Assembly (NCBI GenBank): GCA_963713925.1
Contig: OY970212.1
Coordinates: 1,088,001 to 1,152,000, forward strand
DNA: 64,000 nucleotides
Source: an uncultured bacterium
Lineage (GTDB): Bacteria > Babelota > Babeliae > Babelales > Vermiphilaceae
Reading direction: 5' to 3'
The translations under genes and the position numbers were made by a program. Every line of letters begins with the position of its first letter. The stretch's first letter is position 1. This document shows, in pieces, positions 32,388 through 41,713 of the stretch. The notes below the pieces were generated by a model, which searched no databases, had not been told where the DNA came from, and saw only the letters and a program-made list of their open reading frames with translations.

Positions 32388-32398
32388 AAAGAGCTCTT

Positions 32399-32980
32399 AT
32401 GAAAAAAATAATATTTCCTTTTTTGTGCATTTTCTCATCATTATTACCCATAAGCCTCTCTGGATCTACCGAACAACAAGGCTCCTGTTTTTCAACTGCT
32501 TTTTCTGCCGGATATGTTTTTAAACATAATGATTGCATATTTAAAGAAGTCTACGGGCATGGAATAGTAAATGTCATCACTGCAGACGGTTGCTACTATC
32601 CTTGCGAGCAATGGGGCATAGGCGCAAAGATAAGCTATTGGCGCGCTCATGGACGAACAACGTTTTTAAAGAAATGCTCTCTGCTGCAAGAAGTGCCACT
32701 TACTTTTTACCTACGCAGGATGAAAGATTTTAGATGCGGTTTGCAGCTCTATGCTTCATTGGGCGGTGGGATCATTTGGATTAAAGAGAAAAGCTATCTT
32801 GGTGATTTGCATCTTCACAAAGGTATTGGCGAAGCTGAAATAGGTATGAATTATCCGATATGGCGCTGCGTGAATATTACAAGCGCATTTCGCTATCTTT
32901 TTCCACGGCAATCACACTGCGGTACAAAAATGGATGTCGGCGGATTTGATCTGAGAGCCGGTATCGGATTTCAATTCTAG
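32399..32980 (+). CDS. Outer-membrane beta-barrel protein
   Basis: Signal peptide, amphipathic strands and terminal LRAGIGFQF. Confidence 0.7.
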   Translation: MKKIIFPFLCIFSSLLPISLSGSTEQQGSCFSTAFSAGYVFKHNDCIFKEVYGHGIVNVITADGCYYPCEQWGIGAKISYWRAHGRTTFLKKCSLLQEVPLTFYLRRMKDFRCGLQLYASLGGGIIWIKEKSYLGDLHLHKGIGEAEIGMNYPIWRCVNITSAFRYLFPRQSHCGTKMDVGGFDLRAGIGFQF

Positions 32981-33001
32981 GCTATAAAACTTGTAAATTT
33001 T

Positions 33002-33029
33002 GAAGGCCCGAGATTTCTCTCGAGCCTTC
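33002..33029 (+). terminator. Probable terminator hairpin
   Basis: GAAGGCCCGAGA...TCTCGAGCCTTC followed by a T-rich tract. Confidence 0.55.
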
Positions 33030-33095
33030 GCTCTTTTATAGAAGTTTATTTTTTTTGGAGTTTATCAGAAAATCTCGGAAGTTCCTTATTGCTAC

Positions 33096-33209
33096 GTCAT
33101 CCTGAATTTATTTCAGGATCTACTTAACCTGGATCCAGCCTTCGCTTATCCAGGCTTTCAGGCTTGGTAAGCTACGGCGGACAAGTTGCTGAAACAAGTT
33201 CAGCGCGAC
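33096..33209. repeat. REP-like doublet (GTCATCCTGAA.../...TTCAGCGCGAC) with nested family B module
   Basis: Inverted arms at 33096-33121 and 33187-33209 enclose CCAGCCTTCGC-TTATCCAGGC...GCTACGGCGGACA. Confidence 0.65.
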
Positions 33210-33260
33210 AACCAACCCTTGTATGTTAAAAATTGATTCAAATTTTGATAGATAATGTAT

Positions 33261-33444
33261 TAATTTGTGATCGGTATATTGTTTCACAAATTAGTTGCTC
33301 GGGAAAAGCTGATAGAGCTCGCGCCAACCCTAATCGTAATCGATTGCTAAAAAGTTTGAGACTATCAGCTTATACGAAATTACCTCGAACAATTACTAGA
33401 GGCGTATTAATACGACCTCGAATGTTTACAAGGATGAGGTATTT
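33261..33444 (+). ncRNA. Putative IS110 bridge RNA (5' stem-loop, target-binding loop, donor-binding loop)
   Basis: Three stems: 33261-70/33284-93, 33306-15/33362-71 and 33381-86/33436-41. Loop segments match the flanks and the donor junction. Confidence 0.85.
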
Positions 33445-34386
33445 ATGATTACCCTACCAGAAGTATTTATCGGCGTCGATATTTCAAAGAACAATTTGGA
33501 CATTTTTATTCATCCGTTGAAGCAATGGGTTAAAATACCCAATACAGAAAGCGGAATAAAAAAGTTTGTGAAGCAATTATCCAATTACAGTATTAAGCAA
33601 ATTGCATGTGAGGCAACCGGTGGTTACGAAAAATTGCTTACTCGGGTATTACAGGAACATTCCTATAGTTGTTGGATAGTTGATCCACGGAGGATAAAGG
33701 GTTTTATAATCGCAACTGGTTGCAAAAGCAAAACAGACAAAATAGATGCACAAAAAATTGCTGAATTTGCATCGAAGAATTCTCAAGATTATGAGCCAGT
33801 CAGCAGAACTCATAACCAAGAAACATTGCTATCTTTGGTTAATCGAAAGCAGGATTTGACCAAATTTTTGGCAACTGAAAAAACTCGACTTAAACACCCC
33901 TCGCATGCACTCGGTGTTTCAAGTATCGAAAGAATGATCCTCTTTTTAAATAAAGAAATCAAGGCTTTGGATGAACAAATTGAAGAATTGATTGATCAAG
34001 ATGCGGTACTGCAGAAACGGACAGAGCTTTTGGAATCAATCCCGGGAATCGGTAAATCTTCGGCCGCGATATTGATTTCGTTTGTGCCTGAACTTGGATC
34101 TGTAAGCAATAATGAAATAGCAGCCCTTGTCGGAGTTTGTCCTTACGATCGAGAAAGTGGCAACTATACAGGCAAACGGTTCATTCAAGGCGGTAGGATT
34201 ATTCCTCGAAATGCATTATATATGTGTGCTATAACGACTATTAAGTATTATGCTCCTTTAAAATCCTTTTATGATCGACTAATAGCAAACAAAAAAAGCT
34301 TTAAAGTAGCTATTGTTGCAGTAATGCGAAAGCTGATCATCATTGCAAATGTTATCTTGAAAAAGGGCGAAGTATGTAGTGCTTAA
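33445..34386 (+). CDS. IS110 family DEDD recombinase/transposase
   Basis: GVDISK, CEATGGY and KTDKIDA (DEDD residues); SIPGIG; CPYDRESG (catalytic Ser candidate). Confidence 0.96.
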   Translation: MITLPEVFIGVDISKNNLDIFIHPLKQWVKIPNTESGIKKFVKQLSNYSIKQIACEATGGYEKLLTRVLQEHSYSCWIVDPRRIKGFIIATGCKSKTDKIDAQKIAEFASKNSQDYEPVSRTHNQETLLSLVNRKQDLTKFLATEKTRLKHPSHALGVSSIERMILFLNKEIKALDEQIEELIDQDAVLQKRTELLESIPGIGKSSAAILISFVPELGSVSNNEIAALVGVCPYDRESGNYTGKRFIQGGRIIPRNALYMCAITTIKYYAPLKSFYDRLIANKKSFKVAIVAVMRKLIIIANVILKKGEVCSA

Positions 34387-34393
34387 AAATTAA

Positions 34394-34399
34394 TTGACT
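34394..34399 (+). promoter_or_regulatory. Outward-facing -35 box completed on circularisation
   Basis: TTGACT lies 17 bp from TATGTT (33222-27) once the two ends are joined at a single CT. Confidence 0.7.
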
Positions 34400-34447
34400 T
34401 TTAACACAATTACTTTTTAGTTAGAAAACTTAATTTTCGTACAAGCA

Positions 34448-35281
34448 CTAAAACCGAATAACCGCCGTCATACGATTGAGTTCATCTTGGTATTCTTGGA
34501 GCAGTGTTTTATATTTTTTCTCACGAAGCGCCATCTCAATTTCATCATGTCGCTCTTCAAGCGGCACGGGGCGACGCGGCAAAAGACTCACCGATTTAAA
34601 GAGTTCAAAGAAATCGCCGTGCTTAACAATCTTTATTTGCCCAGGTTTAAGCTTGCAAATAAATTGCTTATCTTCGGCTACTTCCGATTCCTTAATCCAG
34701 AATGGATCAGACCACGAGATAGTCACCGTCTGATCGGTTATTTTCTTCTGCAACTCTTTTACTGTCTTTGCTACATCAAAGCCGGTTGCAGCTCTTTTGA
34801 CCTCATAGGAAGGCTCAAGATATTGTGGGTTTTCATTCCAGTAGATTTCCATTTCACGTTTTGAGACCGTCAAACGGCTCATAATGCGAAACCCAGTGAC
34901 CTGGTTAACCCCAGTCATAACCTTAAACTGATCTTTACCTTCTTCTAAAGTATAGCCACCGGAAGTAAATATTGATTCCAACTCTTTATCACTTAAGTTA
35001 TTTTCTCGTTTAATTTCTTTCAATTGGCGCTCAACAGCATCTTCATCGACCATTTTAAACTTTTCGGCATCCATAAACATCTGACATTCCCGGGTGCGAT
35101 TCTCCAGGGAATGCATCCGGCCATCAATGCCCGGGCGATTGACATCTGATTTGGTTATAACGTCAGTTCTTTCAGGCCCAACGACTACGGCACTAATTGA
35201 ATCGAGCTCAACTGCCCCCTGCGGGAGGGCACATATTCTCAAGGCAGTTGCTAGAATAAGAAAGAGACAGCGTATGTTCAT
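34448..35281 (-). CDS. SurA-like periplasmic chaperone
   Basis: Signal peptide; LDSISAVV...VITKSDV SurA-like N-terminus; degenerate parvulin region. Confidence 0.65.
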   Translation of the reverse strand: MNIRCLFLILATALRICALPQGAVELDSISAVVVGPERTDVITKSDVNRPGIDGRMHSLENRTRECQMFMDAEKFKMVDEDAVERQLKEIKRENNLSDKELESIFTSGGYTLEEGKDQFKVMTGVNQVTGFRIMSRLTVSKREMEIYWNENPQYLEPSYEVKRAATGFDVAKTVKELQKKITDQTVTISWSDPFWIKESEVAEDKQFICKLKPGQIKIVKHGDFFELFKSVSLLPRRPVPLEERHDEIEMALREKKYKTLLQEYQDELNRMTAVIRF

Positions 35282-35295
35282 AATGAATCCTTTTA

Positions 35296-35336
35296 AAACT
35301 AAGAGTAGGATCAGGGTATGATCCTACTCTTAGTTT
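35296..35336. terminator. 18-bp stem hairpin between the two chaperone genes
   Basis: AAACTAAGAGTAGGATCA-GGGTA-TGATCCTACTCTTAGTTT. Confidence 0.65.
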
Positions 35337-35363
35337 ATATATCTTATGGCAACGCGTCTATGC

Positions 35364-36449
35364 TTATACGGCGCGCGCGGCAGCGGCTTTCTCAGGAGCT
35401 GCGGTTTGCTGTTCCATCATAATCGCTTCTTTGAGCTGTTCAATGGCATCAGCAGACTTTCTCCCTGCTTGATCTTGGAAATAGGTATCCTTGATCTCGA
35501 TTTTAAGTTCTTTTTTGTAATCTTCAATGGCTTTTTGAGCAGCACCTTGCTCTTTTTCTTGCTTCACGTAAGGCGCCAATTGCTCTTTGACTTCCTCAAA
35601 TGGAGCATATTTGGCTTCTTCCTTTGAAATAGCATTGATAATCCACACGGTACCATCAGAAGCTTTCATCACTGCAATCTTTGGAAAAGTAGTGATTTCC
35701 ATCAATTTTCCACGAATAGCTGCATCGACGGCAGGGCTGGCAGCATTAACGAGTTTGAAATCTTTGAATGATTTGCCAAGGTTTGATTCTTGAGCAATCT
35801 TTTCAAACTCACTATTTTTGCCTTTCACTTTTTCAGCAAATGCTCGTGCGTCAGTTTCGTTTGCAAATGAAACACCTTGAGCTTTCACGCCACCACGAGA
35901 AACAACAAGGCCCGGAATTTGATTTTTATGTTCCTCATAGAAGGCTCTCACATCAGCATCGCTTACATGAACATTCAATCCTTTTTGGAACAGTTCAATG
36001 TTTGCCATCTGAGTTGCATTTTTAATTAAATCAGCAAGTCGTGCTTTGTATTCAGGCGTTTTATCCAAACCTTTTCCATACACATGTGCACTAATAATGG
36101 CCGGCGTGACAAGCGCTTGAATAAGTTGTTTTTTGACATCGGCTTCGATCCCCGGATTCATCGCCAAAAGTTCACTCAATTGCGGATCTTTTAACGCTTC
36201 TTGGAATTGCTTTTCAACCATTGCAACAGTAACCAAAGGCTTTCCGTTAATAGTTGCAATGACATCAGACTTGTCTGATGCATCAGGATATTCAATACCA
36301 CTCGGAGCTGTTGGCTCGGATTTTACTGGTGCTGCGGTTGATTTTTTTGCCTCAGTCGTTTTTGATACATTAAACCAATCGCATCCAGGGAAAAGTATGG
36401 TAAGCGAAAGTAAAATGCCTACATTCAAATAATTTGTATGTTGTTTCAT
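35364..36449 (-). CDS. PpiC/PrsA-like peptidyl-prolyl isomerase lipoprotein
   Basis: Lipobox-like FPGC; VIATING, VSDADVRAFYEEHK, FEKIAQES and PFEEVKEQL motifs. Confidence 0.75.
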   Translation of the reverse strand: MKQHTNYLNVGILLSLTILFPGCDWFNVSKTTEAKKSTAAPVKSEPTAPSGIEYPDASDKSDVIATINGKPLVTVAMVEKQFQEALKDPQLSELLAMNPGIEADVKKQLIQALVTPAIISAHVYGKGLDKTPEYKARLADLIKNATQMANIELFQKGLNVHVSDADVRAFYEEHKNQIPGLVVSRGGVKAQGVSFANETDARAFAEKVKGKNSEFEKIAQESNLGKSFKDFKLVNAASPAVDAAIRGKLMEITTFPKIAVMKASDGTVWIINAISKEEAKYAPFEEVKEQLAPYVKQEKEQGAAQKAIEDYKKELKIEIKDTYFQDQAGRKSADAIEQLKEAIMMEQQTAAPEKAAAARAV

Positions 36450-36620
36450 ACACGTCCTTTTGTTATAATACCGTTGATTTTTGAAAATTGATTTAATGCT
36501 AGCATGAATCAATCGAGTGCTCAAGAATCAACCCTACTTTGCCAAAGGCTTTATCCCAAATTTTATTGGGACTCAGGCTTCGTAGGGCAGGCCCCCACAA
36601 ATCAGGAAAAGGAATCCATC

Positions 36621-37667
36621 TTGAAAAATGCAATCCGATTTATTTCAATTTTCAGTTCTTTTTGCTCATTTACATTGTTTTCGGCAGATATACCGAATAA
36701 CGATAATTCAATTGGTGGAATGGTAGGGAATGTCGTTAAAGTAGCTCTCAACAAAGCAACCAGAAAGATTTACAAAACACTCGATCCAAACTTAATCATA
36801 GATGACACTGCCACAACAAGAGGCGTCATTGAAAAGGGGTATCAAATTGTTGATAATCTGTCCGTAAGCAAGAAAGCAACTATTACTGCAAGCGATTTTG
36901 AAACATTTAAGCAAATTGGTGAAAGAGCAGATGCAATGGCATTAAGCACTCATCAAGCAGTGACTGCTACTGGAGGATTGCAAAAATTAAACAGCTTTTT
37001 ATTGTATCCCAACGACGAAGTTCTTGTTCCTATCATTCGTGAGATCATCGAAGCGTATGTAAAGCAAGCAAAAGCGATCAGTGAAGATTGTCTACTACAA
37101 CCACTCGCACAACAGCCATCGCCGAGAAAAGAAGAAAAGCAATTAACACCAGACAATGATAATTCAATTTCCGGGATGTTATGGGACATAGGAAAAGCAA
37201 CAATCAATAAAGCGAGTAGAAAGATTTCAAAAACACTCGATCCAAACTTAATCATAGATGACAAAGTTACAACAAAAGGTGTCATTGAAAAAGCAAAGCA
37301 AATTATTGTTAGTCTTTCTTCGAGCAAAAAAGCAACCGTTACTGCAAGCGATTTTGAAACATTTAAGCAAATTGGTGAAAGAGCTTACACAATCGCGTTG
37401 GGCTCACATCAAGCTATGGGCACTCCGGGGGGCTTGCGGAAATTGAACGAATTTCTAGCACCTCCCAATGATGCGCTTATCCCTCCTATCATTTATAAGA
37501 CCATCGAAGCATATGTAAAGCAAGCAAAGGCAATCAGTGAAGACTGTTTACCAAAACCACAACCGACTGTGAATTCCACATCAACACTGAAACCGGCGGC
37601 CACAAACCCTTTGTTTGAATCACCACCGACGTCTCCACGGCAACAACAAAAACCGGCGAAAAAGTAG
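36621..37667 (+). CDS. Secreted hypothetical protein with an internal 152-aa tandem duplication
   Basis: TTG start after AAGGAA; repeat units offset by 456 nt (36702 vs 37158). Confidence 0.75.
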   Translation: MKNAIRFISIFSSFCSFTLFSADIPNNDNSIGGMVGNVVKVALNKATRKIYKTLDPNLIIDDTATTRGVIEKGYQIVDNLSVSKKATITASDFETFKQIGERADAMALSTHQAVTATGGLQKLNSFLLYPNDEVLVPIIREIIEAYVKQAKAISEDCLLQPLAQQPSPRKEEKQLTPDNDNSISGMLWDIGKATINKASRKISKTLDPNLIIDDKVTTKGVIEKAKQIIVSLSSSKKATVTASDFETFKQIGERAYTIALGSHQAMGTPGGLRKLNEFLAPPNDALIPPIIYKTIEAYVKQAKAISEDCLPKPQPTVNSTSTLKPAATNPLFESPPTSPRQQQKPAKK

Positions 37668-37713
37668 GTCAAAATCAAGACGAACCTACATAATCTTTTG
37701 AAAAGTTCTTTAA

Positions 37714-38409
37714 CTATACTGCCCGCGCACCGACAACCGCAATAATCAGCGCGGGCTTTGCTTTTCGTAATTCTTGAATCATGGCTTTGAGCGTTGATCC
37801 GCTCGTGAGCACGTCATCGACAAGCAAGATTGCTTTTCCTTCAATCATCGAACTGTTTTTTTTCAGCGTAAACGCATTTTTGACGTTTTGCAGTTTTTGA
37901 TCAAAGGAAAGCAGCGATTGGAATTGAGTCTTTTTATTTCGTTTGATGATGTTTAAAACAGGTTTATCGAATCTGCGTGAAATTACAGCAGCCATTTCTT
38001 CTGCTTGATTGTATCCACGTTGCGCATACCGCGTCCAATGGAGCGGAACGGGAATGATATAATCAAATGATTGTGTCTCAACCCCCGATTGTTTCACTAC
38101 AATTTCACCCAAAACGCGCGCGGCAAATACATCTTTATTCTTAGTTGCTAAGACCAAATCACGCAAAGGGCCTTCATATGAGCCGGCAGCCCACACACGA
38201 ATCTCATAGTTTTGCGTGATTGAAAGCGATTTGCTCACGACCGGAGTTATACGAGCTAGGCAGTCAGCGCAGAGGCGTCTATACAGATCAATTAATCGAC
38301 GGCAACTCACACATCGTGGCTGAGTGATATGCCAGACTAAGACGCGTGCAAAAGCATGTACCCCGCGTATAACATGAGAGAAATTGCTATATATGTAAAA
38401 GTTTTGCAT
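37714..38409 (-). CDS. ComF family phosphoribosyltransferase-like protein
   Basis: CxxC...CxxC, PVPLHW.R..QRGYNQA and LLVDDVLTSGST motifs; start uncertain. Confidence 0.9.
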   Translation of the reverse strand: MQNFYIYSNFSHVIRGVHAFARVLVWHITQPRCVSCRRLIDLYRRLCADCLARITPVVSKSLSITQNYEIRVWAAGSYEGPLRDLVLATKNKDVFAARVLGEIVVKQSGVETQSFDYIIPVPLHWTRYAQRGYNQAEEMAAVISRRFDKPVLNIIKRNKKTQFQSLLSFDQKLQNVKNAFTLKKNSSMIEGKAILLVDDVLTSGSTLKAMIQELRKAKPALIIAVVGARAV

Positions 38410-38421
38410 ATCTATTTTCTT

Positions 38422-38711
38422 GTTCGTATGGTTCGACTCCGTTACACTCCGCTCACCACGAACGGAGAACTGTCCTATGCTCCAATTAGTCTTTTATTTT
38501 TTCGCGTTCGCGGGGCCCCCGATCGTAACGTCAGTGTAGATTGGGGTTGTCATGGTGAGTATAGCGCAATTTTGGGGTCCCCGATGAAGGGTCCCATGCG
38601 TAAGCGCAACGTAAGCATGGGTAAATGGAGCGTAAGCGAAATGGGGCCCCATACGAAGTTTGCGAAGTATGGGTAAAAATTGGGGCAATAGCGAAATCGA
38701 ACCATACGAAC
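38422..38711. repeat. Inverted pair of family A repeats (minimal plus heavily nested)
   Basis: Reverse minimal copy 38422-38465; forward copy about 38506-38711 ending TCGAACCATACGAAC and containing several family C modules. Confidence 0.75.
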
Positions 38712-38750
38712 TTCCAAAATTTTTTACACTTTCAAAAAACTCAACAGAAC

Positions 38751-39227
38751 CTAGTTGTACTTAAAAAATTCACTCTCAGATAAAAAAAGAGTTGTGACGC
38801 CCAAAACAATGGCCACATCGGCAATATTAAACGTTGGAAACTGCCAACCGTAGGCAGAGACAACAATGAAATCAACAACGCCGGGATATACAATTCGATC
38901 CCACACATTAGAAAGTGCTCCGACAATGATTGCCACATGTGGCACGATTGATTTGTTACGTTTGAACGTGTCATAGGTGTAGCGGGCAAACAAAAAGAGC
39001 ATTGCACAAATCACGCCAATAAGCACGGCTTGCATCATCGGGTGTTCAGAATGCAGCATGCCCCAGGAGATGCCTCTGTTGAATGCTAGCTCAAAAGAAA
39101 TGGGCTCAAAAAAGGCTTGCTCGACTAATGCGTGTTTGATGGCCCAAAGCTTAGTAAATCGATCAGCGCAGACGATCCCGATCGCTAGAAAAAATGGCGC
39201 AATCAACCTATCGAATCTGAATTTCAT
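38751..39227 (-). CDS. lspA: Lipoprotein signal peptidase II
   Basis: DRFTK, NRGISWG, GALSNVWDR, GVVDFI and FNIAD motifs. Confidence 0.95.
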   Translation of the reverse strand: MKFRFDRLIAPFFLAIGIVCADRFTKLWAIKHALVEQAFFEPISFELAFNRGISWGMLHSEHPMMQAVLIGVICAMLFLFARYTYDTFKRNKSIVPHVAIIVGALSNVWDRIVYPGVVDFIVVSAYGWQFPTFNIADVAIVLGVTTLFLSESEFFKYN

Positions 39228-41511
39228 AGCTTCCAAGTCGTGTCACAACGCTGTTATAAATCTGTTCAACTTCATCTTTTGATAAGGTTTTTGTGTGGTC
39301 TGAGATAACCATTCTGAGCGTGATTGATTTTTTATCTTTCCATTCAGGCTTGCTGAACAAATCAACAACATGCATCGACTCAATGCGAGGTTCAACTGCT
39401 GCTATACTACGCAATAATTCTTGCACCGTCACCTTCTGGTCAACCAAAAAGCTGATATCGCGAGTTGATTTTTGGAATTTTGAAATCGGTTTTAACTGGG
39501 TAACCGGCTTATTAAAATCGATCATGAAACTCAGATCAAGCTCAAAGACAAATGCATACCCTTGCGCGACTTTGGCAAAAAAAGACGCGTCAACCAACCC
39601 TGCCATTCCTACAACCCGGCCGTTGTACAAAAGCTGTGCGCTCGTGTATCGCGCATACCACGGAACCGTAGGTTCACTCATTTGCTTCCACTCATAGGTG
39701 AACCCGAATGAATGAGAAAGTTTATCGATTATCGCTTCGCATTCGTAGAAATCAACAGCCTCATGCCGCTTATAAAAAATCCCCGATAATGATTTATTCT
39801 CATTAATAGTTCGATCCGAAGGCATATACCATGTACGTCCCGATTCAAAAAAGCGTAATTCATCATGGTCAGGTGCCGCATGAGCAACATATTTCAAAAG
39901 TCCGGGAATCAGTGATTTGACGAGATATTTCCAATTTTCTGATACCGGGCTTAAAACGTGCGGTTGTTGCATAAAATCAGTCAACCCCAGTTTTGTTACA
40001 AAATCGGTGTCATACAATGCATAGTTATACACTTCGCGCATGCCATGACCAAAAGCCAACAAGCGTTTGATCTGTCTTAAGATCAATGGTGCATGCAAGG
40101 GAAATGGATCCATCAATCGTGATTGGAGCCTCGTTGGGATTTTTGCAAAGCCATAGATACGCACTACTTCCTCAATGATATCTTCAGCAATTTTAATATC
40201 TTTAGTTGCGCGGAAGCTCGGCACGCCAATATGATATGAACCATCGCGCGTTTCAACTGAAAATCCAAGCGCGGTGAGCGTTTTTACGATAAATGATGAT
40301 TCAATCGGAGCGCCGACACGCTCTTCAATTAAATGATGTGAAATAGTTAAGAAAGTTTGTTTCGGCAACTGTCCACGCGCAACGACGGCATACGATGAAA
40401 ATGGAACGAGCTTTGTTCGTTGTGCAAGCGCAAGATATCGCTCAATTGCATCGGTGACATTATATGGATCGAGGCTTTTTTCAAAGCGGGCTGATGCATC
40501 GGTGCGTAACTTGTGTCGAGCCCCGCTCAAGCGGACTGCTGCCGGATCAAAGTGAGCTGCTTCGATCATCACCGAGTGAGCATTTTTATCAACCATAAGC
40601 GATTGACCACCCATGACTCCTGCAAGTGCAATCGGCTGCTTGCCATCAGTCACCACCAGATCTTGGGGCACCAACTCAATTGATTGCCCGTCGAGCAATG
40701 TCATTTTTTCTTTGTTTTGAGCAAGACGCACCTCAAACTGCTCAATTTTTGATTTCGTCGTGTTATAGGCATGCATCGGTTGGCCAATATCAAACATCAC
40801 ATAATTGGTCAGATCGACCGTCGCATTAATCGGCTTCGCATCAACGCGCACCAACCGAGCGGCAATGCCAACATCAGATGCGCTGTAGTTGACCGTATCA
40901 AGGGCTGCGCAGGCAAAGCGGGAACAAAGTTTTGATTCTTTCAAAACGATAGCACCGGTCTGTTTGCTTGATACTTCGTTTGAAAGTTCTTGGATTTTTT
41001 GTTTTTCGATCAATGCATCTATCTTTTTGAGCTGAACTCCAAAAAGCACCGAAAGCTCTCGAGCCACTCCCCGATGCGACCACAAATCAGGCCTATGGTT
41101 GATTGATTTATTATCGACATCGATAACCCAATCTTCTTCGGGTATTGATTCAAACGATTGTGAGAATGTGCTTGGCTCTATGGGCCCCAGCAATCCATCT
41201 TTTGATGAGCCCAAATCAGCGAGTTTTACCCAGCGATAGGATTTTTCTTGGATAACAAGCGCATGCTGTCCGACACTCAAATCGGTCCGACCAGAAAGCT
41301 CATGGACCGAACCATTTGGCAAAGCTGCTTTAATTCCTGACGCAGTAGATTCTTTGACTTCCGCTAACGCAAACTTCTTTTTCTCTACGGTAACTTTATG
41401 AAATGACTCTATTTCAGCCACGGACTCATTAAATCGATTTACGATAGTTTGTATATCGACAGCGAATTTTCCATCAAGATGATCACATATCCACGCAAGA
41501 GAAAGTTTCAT
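39208..41511 (-). CDS. pheT: Phenylalanine--tRNA ligase beta subunit
   Basis: HRPDL.SHRGVARE, VDLTNYVM...GQPMHAY, ALAGVMGG and EEVVRIYG motifs; C-terminal FDX-ACB domain. Confidence 0.96.
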   Translation of the reverse strand: MKLSLAWICDHLDGKFAVDIQTIVNRFNESVAEIESFHKVTVEKKKFALAEVKESTASGIKAALPNGSVHELSGRTDLSVGQHALVIQEKSYRWVKLADLGSSKDGLLGPIEPSTFSQSFESIPEEDWVIDVDNKSINHRPDLWSHRGVARELSVLFGVQLKKIDALIEKQKIQELSNEVSSKQTGAIVLKESKLCSRFACAALDTVNYSASDVGIAARLVRVDAKPINATVDLTNYVMFDIGQPMHAYNTTKSKIEQFEVRLAQNKEKMTLLDGQSIELVPQDLVVTDGKQPIALAGVMGGQSLMVDKNAHSVMIEAAHFDPAAVRLSGARHKLRTDASARFEKSLDPYNVTDAIERYLALAQRTKLVPFSSYAVVARGQLPKQTFLTISHHLIEERVGAPIESSFIVKTLTALGFSVETRDGSYHIGVPSFRATKDIKIAEDIIEEVVRIYGFAKIPTRLQSRLMDPFPLHAPLILRQIKRLLAFGHGMREVYNYALYDTDFVTKLGLTDFMQQPHVLSPVSENWKYLVKSLIPGLLKYVAHAAPDHDELRFFESGRTWYMPSDRTINENKSLSGIFYKRHEAVDFYECEAIIDKLSHSFGFTYEWKQMSEPTVPWYARYTSAQLLYNGRVVGMAGLVDASFFAKVAQGYAFVFELDLSFMIDFNKPVTQLKPISKFQKSTRDISFLVDQKVTVQELLRSIAAVEPRIESMHVVDLFSKPEWKDKKSITLRMVISDHTKTLSKDEVEQIYNSVVTRLGSYEIQIR

Positions 41512-41713
41512 GGCCAACCTTTATCAAAAACTTCGCCAAGCTCTGTTTTTGAGTAATATCAGAATAAGATAATTTTTTACGTAAAATTAAGTTTATATTG
41601 AGATTCTACAAGATAAATAGACATCTATAAAGAGCAAACAGCTAAAAAGATATATTTATATTGAAAACCGACGCAATCCGATGTTACAATTAAGAAAAAA
41701 TCAAAGGATCGAT

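Larger units (their letters stand above)
33218..34414 (+). mobile_element. Complete IS110-family insertion sequence (CT core at both ends)
   Basis: CT at 33218-19 and 34413-14; sub-terminal inverted repeats TGTTAAAA (33224-31) and TTTTAACA (34399-406); ends are supported by the guide matches. Confidence 0.88.

Noticed and set aside
33233..33448. 71-aa ORF upstream of the transposase
   Set aside because: Weak TTG start; it overlaps the region better explained as bridge RNA.
38422..38711. CRISPR array
   Set aside because: The repeats are nested palindromes without regular repeat-spacer periodicity, and there are no cas genes.
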